Source of the DNA: Vicugna vicugna
Taxonomy: Eukaryota
Reading direction: 5' to 3'
Assembly (NCBI GenBank): GCA_013265495.1
Contig: MU061578.1
Span: 4,723,308 to 4,787,307, forward strand
DNA: 64,000 nt
Below are positions 27,310 through 41,276 of this stretch, in pieces (the stretch's first letter is position 1; each line of letters begins with the position of its first letter). The notes beneath the pieces were generated by a model. The model worked only from the letters and a program-made list of their open reading frames with translations. It did not search any database and was not told where the DNA came from. Made by a program: the position numbers and the translations under genes.

Positions 27310-27860
27310 TTTTATTGAGGCAAAACATAAAGTGCATAAATCTTAAGTGTGCAGCTTGGTGGAATTTTTACATACCTATATGCCTGTGTAAACACAATCC
27401 AGATCAAGATATAAATCTTACCATCATTCCAGGAAGTTCCTTCAAGTCAGTATCCAGTCAGTAGCAGATACCTCTCCCCCAACCACTTTTCTGACTCCTG
27501 TCACAGAGTGAGTCACAGCCTCCTTTGCCTGTTCCAGACCATCTTACCATCAGGATCTCACCCTGGGTACCCCTCTGGGTTTTGCTTCTTTGGATCAACA
27601 TAATGTCTGTGAAATCCATTCTCAGTTTTTACTTGTTTGTTTGTTTAAATTACCTCGTGAGCCATTGAAAGAATATACTCCTGTTTGTCTGTTCTCCAGG
27701 TGATGGACATTTGGGTTGTTTACAGTTTGGGGCTATTGTAAATGATGTCCCTATGAAGCTTCTGGTTCTACACACTCATTTGTGGTTGTAGGCACTCATT
27801 TCTCTTGGGGGTAAATACTTAGGAGTGGAATTTCCAGTTCATAGAGTAGGTGTGTGTTTA
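27310..27860 (-). mobile_element. Old L1 (L1M-type) 3' fragment
   Basis: gatggacatttgggttgtttacagtttggggctatt; aaatacttaggagtggaatt. Confidence 0.7.
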
Positions 27861-30304
27861 TTATTAGTTTCACAGGTGGCAGAACAAGAGATTCCTGAGA
27901 GCCTATCCTGTGCCAGGTGATCCAGACCCCCAACTCCTAGTGTGTCAAACCCCTGCTCCTCTCTTGGGCCTCAGGTCTCCAGGAAGTCTACTCTGGACCC
28001 CTCTCACCCCTAAACCCATAAGATAAAGCCAGTAACCTTAGTTCCTTTAGGGATCTGCTTATTCTTTTGGTCTCAGCTGGGAACTCCTGGAGGGCAGGGG
28101 CCATGGCCCAAAAGGGCAGGGTTTGCAGTGTTCCTGCCTGCTGCAGCCACCTCCAAGGAGGGGAGCACCTTCCCTGCTGTATATTCCCACTCAGTTTTGT
28201 TGGTGGAACTGATCCTGGGAAGAACTGAATTTGACAGAAGATCACAAATCCTGCTTTACCCACCCAGAAACATTCAGTGTGTGTGGTACACTGGCTAGAA
28301 TGGGAAACACTGCTCTGTTCAGCCATAGGCTGGCTGGCGCAATACTTGCATGGTTGCCTTGGTTTACTGGGTACTCAGCAAGCATCTTGGCACTGAGCTC
28401 TGCTCCTTACCTGCATTACCTTGTCAGAATCACAGGACAACCCTGAGAGACAGGGACTATTAGTATCCTCATGTATAGATGAGGAAATTGAGCCACCAAC
28501 TGGACAATGCAGAGTTGCAGTTAAATTCAGTTGTGACCCCAAAGCTGAGCTCCGTTTGTTTTAACATCCCCTGTAGGCACAGTGGGAGAGGTAGAACAGC
28601 CAGTATCAAGAGAGGGGATGGCTATGGCCAAGGTCCTGAAGAAGGCTGGAAGGTATGGTGTCCTTTATTGGGAAAAACTGCCCTTGGATGAGGTGCCCTG
28701 CATCTGGATGAGAGAGGAGCATATTAACGATCACAGTGCATCCCTGACACACAGTAGGTGCTCAGTACAACCTGTGAATGAAGAGTGCCAGGGTCTTCCC
28801 AAGTGAGGAAGCTATACCACAAGGGGAATGGGGCTTGGACTTAGGTGGTACAAGGACAGACCCTAACTTAATAGCATTGCATGGATTTAAACTGCAGTAG
28901 AAAATACAAGTAGCCATTCAATCTGTGTTTTCACAGATGTTATCATTTCTAATGAACTAAGCAAAAAAGGGGGTCATTGAAAAAGGACTGAAGTGGCAAA
29001 AAAATTTGAATGTAACCTAAATAATCTTCAACATGGGGTTGGTTAAATAAATTAAAATACATCCAAGGAATGGAGATTGGACAGCCATCATAAAGGACAA
29101 TGGAGTTCCTGGCAGGCTCTGGTCACAGGAAGTCCAGTATTGACTGTAAAACACACAGTGTGCAGCTGAAGCCCACGATGAGGGCAGGGTGGGGAAGAAG
29201 GCCACTTGGTGGAAGGGAGGCTTTGGGGAAGGGAGAAAGCCTGCCCCGGCCACTCTGCCTTCAGTGACTTCAGAACCATCCACTCCCATGCCTGCTGGTT
29301 TGCCTGGGCTCCAGCTGAGGCATGGCCCAGAGCTCATTAGGTCAGGATTCCCTTTTCTGACCCCCAGGGAGTATTCAGGCAGGAGCCCTGGCCTGTCAGG
29401 GGACAACTCTGTCCCACAGGCTCTGGAGCACAGAGCAGGGCAGGTGGCCTGTCTCCCCTGGACCAGCTCCTCCTCATGTCCTCATGTCCACCCACACCCA
29501 GGCTGTCCTCTGTCTTTGAAATCCTTCCCCACTCCATTCCTCTGGGGGTCTTCTTCTAGCTCTCTGATCCTGGCTTCCCCATTACCCCTCAGCATATCTT
29601 CAAGTGAAGTGTCCTCCCGGTCCTCTTCTCAGATGCCCCCCACATCCTTCATGCTCCACAAGCATACAGCTGCTCCTCCTCCCATTTGTCTCTCTCAGAG
29701 ACCGTCCATCTTGGATCTTCCTTTTCTGCCCAGCAGTCAGAGGGATCCTTCTGAAATGCTGACAATCACTCTCTCGGCTTAAACCCCTGCAACGGTGAGC
29801 AAGCCCCTTGCAGAAAGCAGCCCCATTGTTACCCTGGCCTGACCTCTGGTGATCTAACCTGTACCCCACACATCCCAGCCCATGCTAGGCCAAGGGTCCT
29901 CAGTTCCTCAGCTGGGCAGCTCCAGCATGGAGACAATCTCTTCTTGGTGCCTTTCCCAGGGCAGAGCTGCCTATTTTCTGCCTGGGGCCCTTGCGTCGGT
30001 GCTTGGTCTTCCCTGGAGATTGGCCTTTTGGAGGGAACTGGGTCTGATTCACCTGAGTTTCTGGAATCCAGCACTGGGCTGAGCCACAAAGAACAACTGT
30101 ACTGGGAGAGCACGCACTGTGAGTCTAGGTTTCTAGGACTCTGGACAGCCGTGGGTTAGAGTCTTTGGTCTGCCCTTGGGCAGGTATCCTATCAAATCTG
30201 TGCCTCAGTTTCTGTAACTTCAAAATGGGCATAATTGGTATCTTAAATGAGATCCTGTAAAGCCCTTAGCTTCAAAGAGCTAAATACGACCTTTAAAAGA
30301 ATAA

Positions 30305-30740
30305 AAGGAACTTGTACATAACAGCACTATTCACAACAGTAGAAAGGGTGGAAACAACTCAAATGTGCTAGATGAATAAATAAATTGATCTATCCATATA
30401 ATGGAGTATTACTTAGCCATAAAAATGAATGAAGTTCTGCTGCATGCTACAACCTGGATGAACCTCAAAAACATCAAGTGAAGGCAACCAGATGCAAAAG
30501 ACCACAGGTGTATTCCATTTATATGAAATGCCCAGAAAAGACAAATCTATAGAGAAAAGAAATGGTTGCCAAGGGCTGGGGGCAGGGGAGAATGGGGAGT
30601 GACTGCTAATAGGTACAGGTTTCCTTTTGGAATGATGACAATGTTCTGGAACTACGTGTCGATGCTGGTTGCACAACATTATGAATGTATTGTCACTAGC
30701 GGTAAATTTCATGTGTACTTATCACAACTCGAAAACTACA
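30305..30740 (+). mobile_element. Old L1 (L1MB-like) 3' fragment
   Basis: agcactattcacaac; catgctacaacctggatgaacctcaaaaacat; ggggagaatggggagtgactgctaat. Confidence 0.8.
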
Positions 30741-30849
30741 AAAGAATACAGGCTTAGTGAAGCTACCCGTGAGCCATCCCCAACTCGGGTTTTCCCCTAT
30801 GACTGGGGTCAACGATCAAAGGTTCTGCCCCCAACAGAGGAGGGTGGTG

Positions 30850-31900
30850 CGGTGCGGCGCGGCGAGCATCACACTACAGGTCCGAGCTGAAGACGTACCC
30901 CGGCAGCAGCCCTCTCGAGCTGGGTTCCTGGCGGGGTATACGCGGCCGCAGCACCCGCCCAGGGGCAGTCCAGTGGAGCCGCCAGCCCACCTCGCCCCTC
31001 TCCTCCAGCTAGCAAGCCTTGAAGCGGCTTCCAGGTCCCAGCCCTAGGATCTTCAGGCGTGGCCACGCCCCTACTGTGCCAAGGCATGCCCCGCAGGCGA
31101 TTCCCCCCCGACTCCTCCCCTCCGCCTGTCAGTCGGCTCCGCCGTAACCACATCCTTTCCAGGAGTCCCGCCCTGTCTTCTTGAGCCTGGCCCCGCCTCT
31201 GCAGTCCCGGGCCACACCCCTAAGGCTCCGCCCCGCCGCCTGCCCGTCAAACCCATCCTGGCCCCGCCCCGTCGTCATCCTCTCTGGGTTCTCTCTCGCT
31301 CGCCTTGGCGCGGCCCGTTGTTATGACGACACGGTCGTAAATCCGCCATCTTCCTGCGGCGCGTTGCGACATGGAGGGCGCGATGGCAGTGCGGGTGACG
31401 GCCGCGCATACGGCAGAAGCCCGGGCCGAAGCCGGGCGGGAAGCGGGCGAGGGCGGGGTCGCGGCGGCGTCGGCGGCCTTGGCCCCCGGTGGCTTTCTCG
31501 GTCTCCCGGCGCCCTTTAGCGAGGAAGGTAACAGGGCCGGACCAGGCCGGGCGCGGCTGGGGTGGGGGCAGCTCAGCCCGGGCTGGCGGAGGCCCGGATG
31601 GCCTGAGCTACGGGTGCGGCAGACCCTCCCAGACCCGGTTCCTTGCGGACCTCACGGGTCTCATAGCCTTCCACGAGCCTCCCGGTTTCCTCAGACTCTC
31701 GGGCCTCTCCTGCCTGGCGCCCATCACCCCCGTGGACGCCAGTGCCCACACACGGATACTTACGGCTCTCCAAGCCACCGGGGCTGTCCGTGTAGACCTC
31801 CGCGGACGCCTCCACCGCCAGCCCTGCCCTCAGACTCACGACCCGGCCCCTCTCGGCCGCCCTGTCAGGGCAGGGCCCTGCCCTCCACCGGGCCCCCTCC
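30850..31900. promoter_or_regulatory. E4F1 CpG-island promoter with YY1 motif CCGCCATCTT (31343-31352)
   Basis: High CpG density, multiple GC boxes, YY1 consensus just upstream of the ATG. Confidence 0.8.
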
Positions 31901-34900
31901 CACTGCACCTGTCGGGCCACTAGGGCCCTGGCTGGGGTGTGGCTGGAGGCTCTGGGAGGGCGGGGCCTCGGGTCTTTTCAGGACCCTTGGGGAGGAAGCA
32001 GAGCCCAGTACTGGAAAGCTGCAGCCAGCTCTGTCCCAGACCAGACACTTTCTAGCTAGTCAGTCCTGGGCAGGTGACCACACACCTCCCTGAGCCTCCA
32101 TGTTCCCTTACAGAATGGGGATGCTGCTGTTGACGATACAGTATGGAGCATTTCCCATGCATCAGCTTTTTTCATTCTCCAGCCAACCCTGGATGCCATT
32201 ATTATCATTGTTATTATTACTCCCATTTATTATTATTTGTTATTATTGTTCCCATGAGGAAAATTGAGGTTCAAAGATGTGAAAGTGACCAGGTCATCCA
32301 GCTAGTAAGTGTCAAGGACTAGCTGGGTGCCAGGATTGTGGGACTACTCAACTCACTCCCTTAACTTCTGGGTTCTGTTGCCTCATAGGATGGTGGTGAG
32401 AATCAAAAGAGAGTATGTATGTAAATCTCTGAGAACAGTGCTGGTGACATATCAAGGGCTCATTCACAGGGGCACTGATAGCTTTTGAAGACAGAACTCT
32501 TGTCTCTGCCCTCAGAACTTGTCCCATGAGGTTGTAGACTGGACCAGGCAGGGGGAGTTGGCTGATGATATCAGGGAGGTGGTCTTTGTCCTTACAGAAT
32601 TTGTGTTCTCAGTGCATTTTTTCTTGCTCCTTATTCCAACTTGGGGAGGGGCAGTACCACAGAGGGCAGTGCCTACCTGGAGAGGGGTCCTTTTTGAGGT
32701 TGCTGTGCCCAGATAAGGTTTGCCATGGCTTTATCTCAGGGTTACATAGGCTGGGCCTGTCCCCTTCTGTGGTGGGGATTCCTTCAATGGCAACGTGTTG
32801 GTGCTGAGTCAGACTCGGTGAGTGGGATGGGAGGAGGGTAGCAGGCACCTGAGTGCTTGGCTTGTGACTGTCAGCCATCTGGAGGTGACTGCCCTTTGTC
32901 AGGTGGCCTCCTGTGCGTGAGTCATGGATGCCATTTGGCCTTTTTATCATTAATTCAATAGCCATTGACTGAGCTCCTTCTAGACTCTAAGCCTGGGTTT
33001 GACCTTGATGTGGGACTGCATGTGAGGTAGTGGGAGCTGACAGTCTTCTAAGAAAGCAGAAGGAACATCCCCCATCTCTTGGTGAGAATGGTAGGGTGTC
33101 TGGAGTAGACCCTCAGGTTTAGGTTCTGGCCTCAACACTTACCATCTTGGTGGCCTTGAATCTCAAGTCGTTTTCTAGAGTAGGAATAGTCATTTCCATT
33201 TCTTCAGGGTGCTAGCAGATTTGGTGATGTCCCCAGTGAGGTGGCTGGCACACAGTAGGGGACTCAGTGAGCAGGAAGTCTCTCCTGCAGGACCTGGGGC
33301 AAGCAATGGCTAGTTGGCCCAGATGGTTGAGAGGCTCAGCTGTGGTGGCCCTGAGGTGTGGAGCCCCTCTGGCAAGTTCCACCTTGGGCAACTTCACCAG
33401 AGTAGGGAGATTCTGCCTGTTTGAAACCAGTGGAGCACCAAGTCAGAGTGAAAACAGAGTGGTCATGGGTCAGGGTGCCCCACCTCCCCGTTTGCCGAGG
33501 GCTGGCCTTCCAGCTAGAGCCCTGTGAGAAGCAGCCCACTAACCCCCTTGTGCCCTGCGCACACATATACTGAGTCGGCCCATTTTACAGATGAGAAAAC
33601 GGATCCAGACATGGTCACTGAGGTGCCCAGGATCACATGCAAACCCCAATAGTCTTAAACCCTAATCCTCCACTGCCCCAGACGGGCTTGGGTGAATCTC
33701 TCTGCCTCCTAGCTACTCCCTGGGCCTCTCTCTCCCCTCGTTTCTGAAGTAGGGGCTTTAGATCCCTGCAGTCTTAAGTGTCTGGTCAGGACCACACCCC
33801 GCTGGATGGTGCTCTCCCCGAGGTGGGCACTGCTTCAGCAGACCTCCAGGGGATTTTCTCAGAGTGTTCTCAGCCCCTTTGGGAGGGCTGGGCAAGGTGC
33901 CTCTGGTTCTCATTCCACCCTTGGGTGGATTTGGCTGGATCTGGAGTCTCCCTCAGGCCCCACTGATGCAGGCTCATTGCAGATGAGGATGATGTACACA
34001 GATGCGGCCGCTGCCAGGCGGAGTTCACCACCTTGGAGGACTTTGTTCAGCACAAGCTCCAAAAGGTCTGCCAGCGGGTCCCTCAGGAAGCCCTGCCTGC
34101 CACCCCTGCTGCTGCGGCACTGCTGGGCCAGGAGGTGAGGCCCCCCTACCCTGCCATTGCACATGTGCATGCGCACACCCCTGAGTGCCCTGCTCCCTGG
34201 GCTCACCAGACAGCAGGAGGAGGAGAAGGAGGTGACGTGCTGGCCTAGACCTGTCCAGCTGGGTCCCTCTGACATGGGGCGGGCAGAGGGCAGGCATCCA
34301 TATATGGGTTGGGGAACTCCTGGCGGTACTCTGGGGTTTCCTGGATGGCCTGGGATGGCTGGTCTTCTTAGCAGCCTCTGGCTGAAGCCTAGGGGCCTGG
34401 GGTCGCTCCTTTCTTGGAGCCCAAGGACCTGTCTTGGTTCAGGAGTACTGTGGTGGCTTTTGTCCTTTTGTCTTGTCTCCTGTCCTGTATATACAGTTCC
34501 TGGGGATTCCACAAAGTGTGGCTCTATGGGTCCCTGCACCCTGTCACACAAATGGCCAACTTGGTTGTGCCCCATGGGCCCGGGGCTGTGCACACACAGT
34601 CTTATTGAGTCCATAGCATCCCCAAGGTCTGGATACGCTCATCATCCTCATCATATGAAAGTGGGAAAGGAGACTCTGAGAGAAGTTGGTTGCCTCAGGT
34701 CACCCCCGGGAGTGGTCCAGAGGACAGTGGGCCCAGAGTTGTCTCACTCTGACCCTGTGCTCTTTTCCTGCCCTTCCCAGGGGTGTCCTCTCCTCCAGGA
34801 AGGCCCCGGGCCCCACATCCCTGGGGCCCTTTCCCCTGACCCCCTGGCTGGGGCTGGTGAGTGTAGGTACTCACTTTCCTCTCTGCAGAGCCAGCTGAGC

Positions 34901-37900
34901 TTCATACTGGAGCTTCTGGTCACTTCGTCCTGGAGTCCTCCTTGAGGGTGATCAGGGCTCCACATGGGGTTCTTGGTGGCCAGAGGCATTAGAATGATGG
35001 GGCTGACCCTCAGGCCTGAGTGGAAGGGTGCAGGCTGGGAGTCAGACTCAGAGTGGTGTTCCATTGTGGGAGATGAGAGTCCCCAACCAGCTGTCCACCT
35101 GGACATAAACCCAAGCCTGCATCCTCCAAGCCAAAGGAGCTTTGGAGCCCTGCAAACGAGTCTTCTCTGTCCCGTCCCCCATTGGTAGGTGGTGCCAGCA
35201 GCAGCAGGCCCAGAGGAACCCATCACCGTGGCCCACATTGTGGTGGAGGCTGCTGCTCTAACGGCCGACATCAACCACACACCTGACATTGTCGGTAAGC
35301 TGGCTTGGCCTCACTGTGGCTGTTCATGTTGAGGCATCTCTGACCTGGTAGCTGTCCCTGGTCAAGGCTAGAGGTTGGGAACCTCTGCTGCCCATATCCC
35401 TCTTCTCCCAAGAGCAAGGCCTGGCCAGGGAGGGGCTGAGGCCTTTTGTACACCTTCCCCGGGACAGGGCCTGAGGGAAGAGCAAGCATAGGGCACCAGG
35501 TCCTGCCCTGCTAGGAAAGGGAGAGCCCAGAGCCTGGGCCTCAGGGAGTCTTCACTTTGTATGTGATCAGGAGCTGGCTGCTCTCTCCTGCAGCTTTGCC
35601 AGACTGTTTCTGCCCTGGTTCTTCGAGAATCTTCCCCTTTTTTCTGCCTCCTCCCCTCCTCCTGCCATAGTCAGCTCTGGAGGGTTGGTTGAGTTATGCG
35701 TGGGCTATACCTGCTGCTCCATCTCACCCCTGACCTTGGCCTTCACCTCCCCAGTGCTCACTCCTTCTGGCGTAGGGGTGATGATTCCTCACCTGATTCT
35801 CACGTGGCTTTTAAGAGCATACAACGCCAAGTCAGGCTCTTTGATGGCTCTTTTAAAGTGCTTCACTCATGTGCTGTAGGGGAGGAGGTGTTGAGAGGTC
35901 TGGGTTGGGTCAGTATTCGTTAATAGGGGACTGGTGAGCGTGCATCTGGGACATTCAAAGGGTAGCTCGAGGGAGCGGGGTCTGGGTGTGAGCATGGCAG
36001 TGGAGGGATGATGCTGTGGGAGGCTGGGAAAGGAATGGGCAAGGGCCTGGACAGGCGTGAGAGTAAGCAGCTGGACAGGAAGCAGGTTTGGGCAACAGGT
36101 AGAACTTGACCTTGGGAAACACTTGGGACCAGCTGGGCAGGAAGAAAGGGTGGAGGAGACCTCGAGGGAGGGAAACCTCAGAGCAGGTTGTTCTGCCGAA
36201 GTCCCACCTCAGGGAGGCAGCAGGACAGCTGTCCCTCTCTCCCACTGTCTTTCCCCTGACATTCCTGCGGACAAGGACAGTTGACTGTTGCCACTCTGGT
36301 ATAGGAATATTGTCTTGTGGGAGGTGGGGCCATGCTCCAGCCCTGGTGTGGTAGTTTCTGGTGTGGGTGGTGTCATATGGGAAAACACATTCCCTGGGTT
36401 CAGACAGCATCTCCAGGCTCTGGCCTCCTGGGTAGCCGGGCCCTTCCAGCCATCCGGCCTCCAGCTGGCCCACGCCCAAGCCTGGGCTGCTCCTTGTGCT
36501 CTAGGGGCTCCTCTCTGGGCACCCCCTGCTTCTCTTGCACCTTGGGAGTTTCCCCTTTGCAGGCATCCTAGGTGCCCCACATGTCCCCGTGGTGTCAGCT
36601 GCTCAGTGATCTGGAGCCTAGGGTTGGCCAGAGTCCTAAACCACCAGCTGCCAGCATCCCATGGCTCGGGGGCCCTCACTCCTCACTGGACTGAGGGCAC
36701 AGTTTGCAGCGACTGCATAGGGGCTGGATACCTATTTCAGGCCCTCCTGCCTCTTCCCATCCCTGGAAATAAACTTACACTTCATCTCTGGACTCAGGGC
36801 AGCCATGCTCCCCCCTTCCCTGACCCCTCACACTCAAACTCAAGTCCGAGCCTGGCAGAAATCCCTGTTTTTTTGGAAGTTCGCATTCGGGGCGGAGGGA
36901 AAATAAAGCTTCAGGCGCATCAGCCAGGGCATGACAGGTATGCCCTTAATTCTTAGTCACCGTGCTTCCATTCAGTTTGGAGAGAATGGCTTGTCAAAAC
37001 ACAACGCCAGCCTGACTGAGATGGTTTCTAAGAAGCAGCTTCACAACCGTTTCCCACACGTCATTTTTTTTGAACAGAAAATGCAAAGTGTGTTTTCAGC
37101 TTGGCTTCGCACATTGTCAGATTTCTTTAACACCCATGAGAACTGCAAAAGCCCAGCTTCCTTCCTCAGGGTGTCCCAGGCATGTGGAGAGTGTTCCCTC
37201 TTGCAGGCCGGGGCCCTCGCCCGCCTGCCTTGGAACTGATGCACGTAGGGGACACCTGAAGCCTTTTCCCCCTTTTGTCAGCAGGAGCCGGGGCAGCAAG
37301 TAGGGCAGACGGCCGTGAGCTGGCCTGTCCACTGCCTCCACGCCAGCATTGTGCTGCCCTTGGAGATGGCAGGACCCCCGTGTGCTCCTCTTGACTTAGG
37401 GGAGGGGGCATCTGTGTCCATGGTGCATCTCACTAATGTACACATTCTGGAGGCCTGGAGCTCCTCTGGGCAGCTCCACAGAGTTGGAGGGGAGTGCCTC
37501 CCACCTGTTCAGGCTGAGTGGGTACCATGACCCGGGCCTTGGTCAGTATAGCTCTGCCGCACCTCGGCAGTGTCCTTGGACTGGGATCCCAGGAGGTGGC
37601 AGGGCCCATGGCGACCCGAGGCTCAGGCTGATCCGCCTCTCCTCAGGTGGCGGACACATCAAAGAGGTCATTGTGGCCGCTGAGGCAGAGCCAGGGGACA
37701 GCGAGATGGCAGAGGCCCCGGGCAGCCCTAGCCATCAGGGTCCCGGGCCCGCTGGGGAGGGCGAGCAGGCCCAGGTCAAGCTGCTGGTGAACAAGGACGG
37801 CCGCTACGTGTGCACACTGTGCCACAAGACCTTCAAGACGGTGAGCCCCCGGGCCTTGGGCCGACCAGTCCACAACCTGGTGTGCTTGGAGCTGTGCCTG

Positions 37901-40900
37901 CTTGGGGGCCAGGCCTCCTTGCCAGTTCTGCCCAGGGAGATGCCTGAACCTCACTGCCCCTCCCCATAGGGCAGCATCCTCAAGGCCCACATGGTCACTC
38001 ACAGCAGCCGCAAGGACCATGAGTGCAAACTGTGTGGGGCCTCCTTCCGGACCAAGGGCTCACTCATCCGGCACCACCGGCGGCACACAGGTGAGTGGCC
38101 TTGGGGCCAGGAGTGCATGGCACACTGCTGCTGGTCCTCGGGGGGGGGCCTGGCTCCTGGTGCTGGTGGGGCTGTGGCTCAAGGCCTGACTTCCCCTTGG
38201 TGCCAGGCCATTGTCCCCACCCGAGACTGACTCTGTTCTCTCCGCAGACGAGCGCCCCTATAAGTGCGCCAAGTGTGGGAAGAGCTTCCGGGAGTCGGGT
38301 GCGCTGACCCGGCACCTCAAGTCTCTCACCCCGTGCACGGAAAAAATCCGCTTCAGCATGAGCAAAGATGTGGTTGTCAGCAAAGAGGACGCTCCCGCAG
38401 GTCAGCATGGTAGAAGGCTCCCTGCCCTGGCCCTGGCTGCTCTCCGGGTGCCACCTTGGTTGGGTGTTTCTTCAAGGACTTTCTCGGTTCTGCCTTAAAG
38501 GGTCTGGCACCTCCACCATGGGGACTGTTACATCATCATCAGTGACAGGCGAGCCCATGGAGACGTCGCCGGTGATTCACCTGGTGACAGATGCCAAGGG
38601 CACTGTTATCCACGAAGTCCATGTCCAGATGCAAGAGCTTCCCCTGGGCATGAAAGCTCTCGCCCCGGAGGTGGGGGCAGGTCAGGGGGCGGCCTTTGTC
38701 TGCTCAGCACTGGGCATGGTTCTGGGCACTGGCTCCAGTGGGACTAGGACTGACCTGGGCCTGCCTTCCTGGCACCCAGTCTGGTTGCAGGGGAGATGGT
38801 AGACCCTTGGTATGTTAGAGGGCAGGGAGGGGTGAGGGAGACTGAGCTGGGGATGAGGTGGGGAGGCGAGGGCAGGTGGAGTGGGCTGTGGGGTTCCCAG
38901 GGGTATTCCTGAGTGAAGATGCTGGGTGTGGACAGTGGCCCCCAGGGCCACTTGGGGCCACCCTGTGCAGTGGTGGCAGGTGGGTGCTGTGTGTTGGGCT
39001 GCCTGGCCAGCCCCTTCCATCTGCCTCCCCTGCAGCCCCCTGGCCCTGAGGAGCTTCCTTGTTCCAGTGAGGGCAGCCGTGAGAACCTGCTGCACCAGGC
39101 CATGCAGAACTCTGGCATCGTCCTTGAGCGGGTTGCTGGGGAGGAGGGAGCCCTGGAGCCAGGCCCTCCCACTGCAGCCAGCCCCCAGCCCCTGGGAGAC
39201 AGTCCCCCAGAACTGCCGCTGCTGGAGGTGGAGCAAGTGGAGACAGTAGGTGCCTGCCCTGCCAGTGTGCTCCTTCTGGGCGGCTGGACCTTGGGTATGG
39301 AGTCACCATGCTGGCCTGGCTGTCACCTGCCTCCTTGTGCTCCCTGCTCCCTGTGGTAGAAAGTTGCATCACTTTCTGCATTGATTTTGTTCCCTGATCT
39401 GTTTACTGCCTTCCTGGGGCCCATGATGGAGCCTACCAGGGTGGGGGTGCCTCAGGTCTGTCCTTGGTACTGCTGGGGCCCAGCCTACAGCGGGCACTGG
39501 AGGCATGCTTTGCTCTCCCAGCAGGTGGCCAGTGAGACCTCAGCTGTGCCCAGGACCCACCCATGCCCTCAGTGCAGTGAGACCTTCCCAACGGCGGCTA
39601 CCCTGGAGGCCCACAAGAGGGGCCATGCAGGTGGGAGGCAGGATGGTGGGGCACCAGGCAGTGGATGGCCTGTGGGTAGCCAGGAGGTGCCCTTGGGTGT
39701 GCAGTCAGGGTGGTCTGTGGGCAGGTGGCGGGCGGCTGGGGTCAGGCCCTTGGGTAGTGGACCTGGCCTGATATCAAGTGTGGCCCCAGGCCCGAGGCCG
39801 TTCACGTGCATGCAGTGTGGCAAGGCCTTCCCCAAGGCCTACCTGCTCAAGAAGCACCAGGAGGTGCACGTGCACGAGCGCCGCTTCCGCTGTGGGGACT
39901 GTGGGAAGCTCTATAAGACCATCGCCCACGTCCGTGGCCACCGGCGTGTCCACTCGGATGAGAGGCCCTATCCTTGTCCCGAGTGTGGCAAGCGTTACAA
40001 GACCAAGGTGGGCCTCTCGACCCTGGCACCTGACTCCTGCCACCCCCACCCCCCATCCCAAATTTGTGGGCTCTTCACTCCCTGAGCCATACTTGTCTTG
40101 TTTCCTGCCCCAGACCTCCCTCATCCCCCTCTCACCCCCAGCCTTCTCAGTCTTGGCCTGGGCCCTCACCCCTGGCCCATGGACCCCCTCCCTCGGTCCC
40201 AGAGGTGGGCTGGGAAAGCCGAGTTCTGAGCTATGGCCGAGGCCAGGTTGGCATTGACAGTGGGTCTCCACAGAATGCCCAGCAGGTGCACTTCCGGACC
40301 CACCTGGAGGAGAAGCCGCATGTGTGCCCATTCTGCAGCCGAGGCTTCCGGGAGAAAGGCTCACTGGTGCGGCACGTGCGGCACCACACGGGCGAGAAGC
40401 CCTTCAAGTGCTACAAGTGTGGCCGTGGCTTTGCGGAGCACGGTACCCTTAACCGGCACCTGCGCACCAAAGGTTGGGGCCAGAGTGGGGCAGCGAGAAG
40501 GGCGAGGGGCTGCAGTCGGCCAGCCCTGACCGAGGGGGGCTGTGGCTGTCCTCACTGCAGGGGGCTGCCTGCTGGAGGTAGAGGAGTTGCTGGTGTCTGA
40601 GGAGAGCCCCGCGGCAGCCGCCACCGTCCTTGCAGAAGACCCACACACTGTGTTGGTTGAGTTCTCATCTGTGGTGGCCGACACCCAGGAGTACATCATT
40701 GAGGTGGGTGTGGGGCCGCTGGGGCTGGGTTGGGGCCCAGGGGCAGGCAAGGCTGACCTCCGATGCTCCATCCAGGCCACCGCGGATGACGCAGAGACCA
40801 GTGAAGCCACAGAGATCATCGAGGGCACCCAGACAGAGGTGAGGGGCTCGGGGAAGGGTGGGGAGTGGCGGCCTGCACCCTCACCCAGACTCATAGGCTG

Positions 40901-41276
40901 AACCATGAGCCCCCCGCAGGTAGACAGCCACATCATGAAGGTGGTGCAGCAGATCGTGCACCAGGCCAGCGCCGGGCACCAGATTATTGTGCAGAACGTG
41001 ACCATGGACCAGGAGGCGGAGCTGGGCCCAGAGGCAGCTGCTGCGGACACCATCACCATTGCCACCCCTGAGAGCCTGACAGAGCAGGTGGCCATGACAC
41101 TGGCCTCGGCCATCAGTGAAGGCACTGTGCTCACAGCCCGCTCGGGCACAAATGGTGCCGAGCAGGCCACTGTGACCATGGTTTCATCGGAGGACATTGA
41201 GATCCTGGAGCATGCAGGCGAGCTGGTCATCGCCTCGCCGGAGGGCCAGCTCGAGGTGCAGACAGTCATCGTCTAG
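31371..41276 (+). CDS. E4F1: Transcription factor E4F1 (C2H2 zinc fingers), ~783 aa, intact
   Basis: Exons 31371-31527, 33983-34134, 35189-35294, 37647-37840, 37970-38090, 38248-38400, 38501-38670, 39036-39245, 39522-39630, 39790-40007, 40274-40472, 40561-40703, 40776-40838, 40920-41276 total 2352 nt; MEGAMAVRVTAAH...GQLEVQTVIV*; AATAAA at 41441-41446. Confidence 0.96.

Noticed and set aside
40361..41269. 302-aa ORF antisense to the E4F1 3' exons (and similar antisense ORFs over CASKIN1, PGP and RNPS1)
   Set aside because: Shadow ORFs caused by the codon bias of the sense genes; no independent gene signals.
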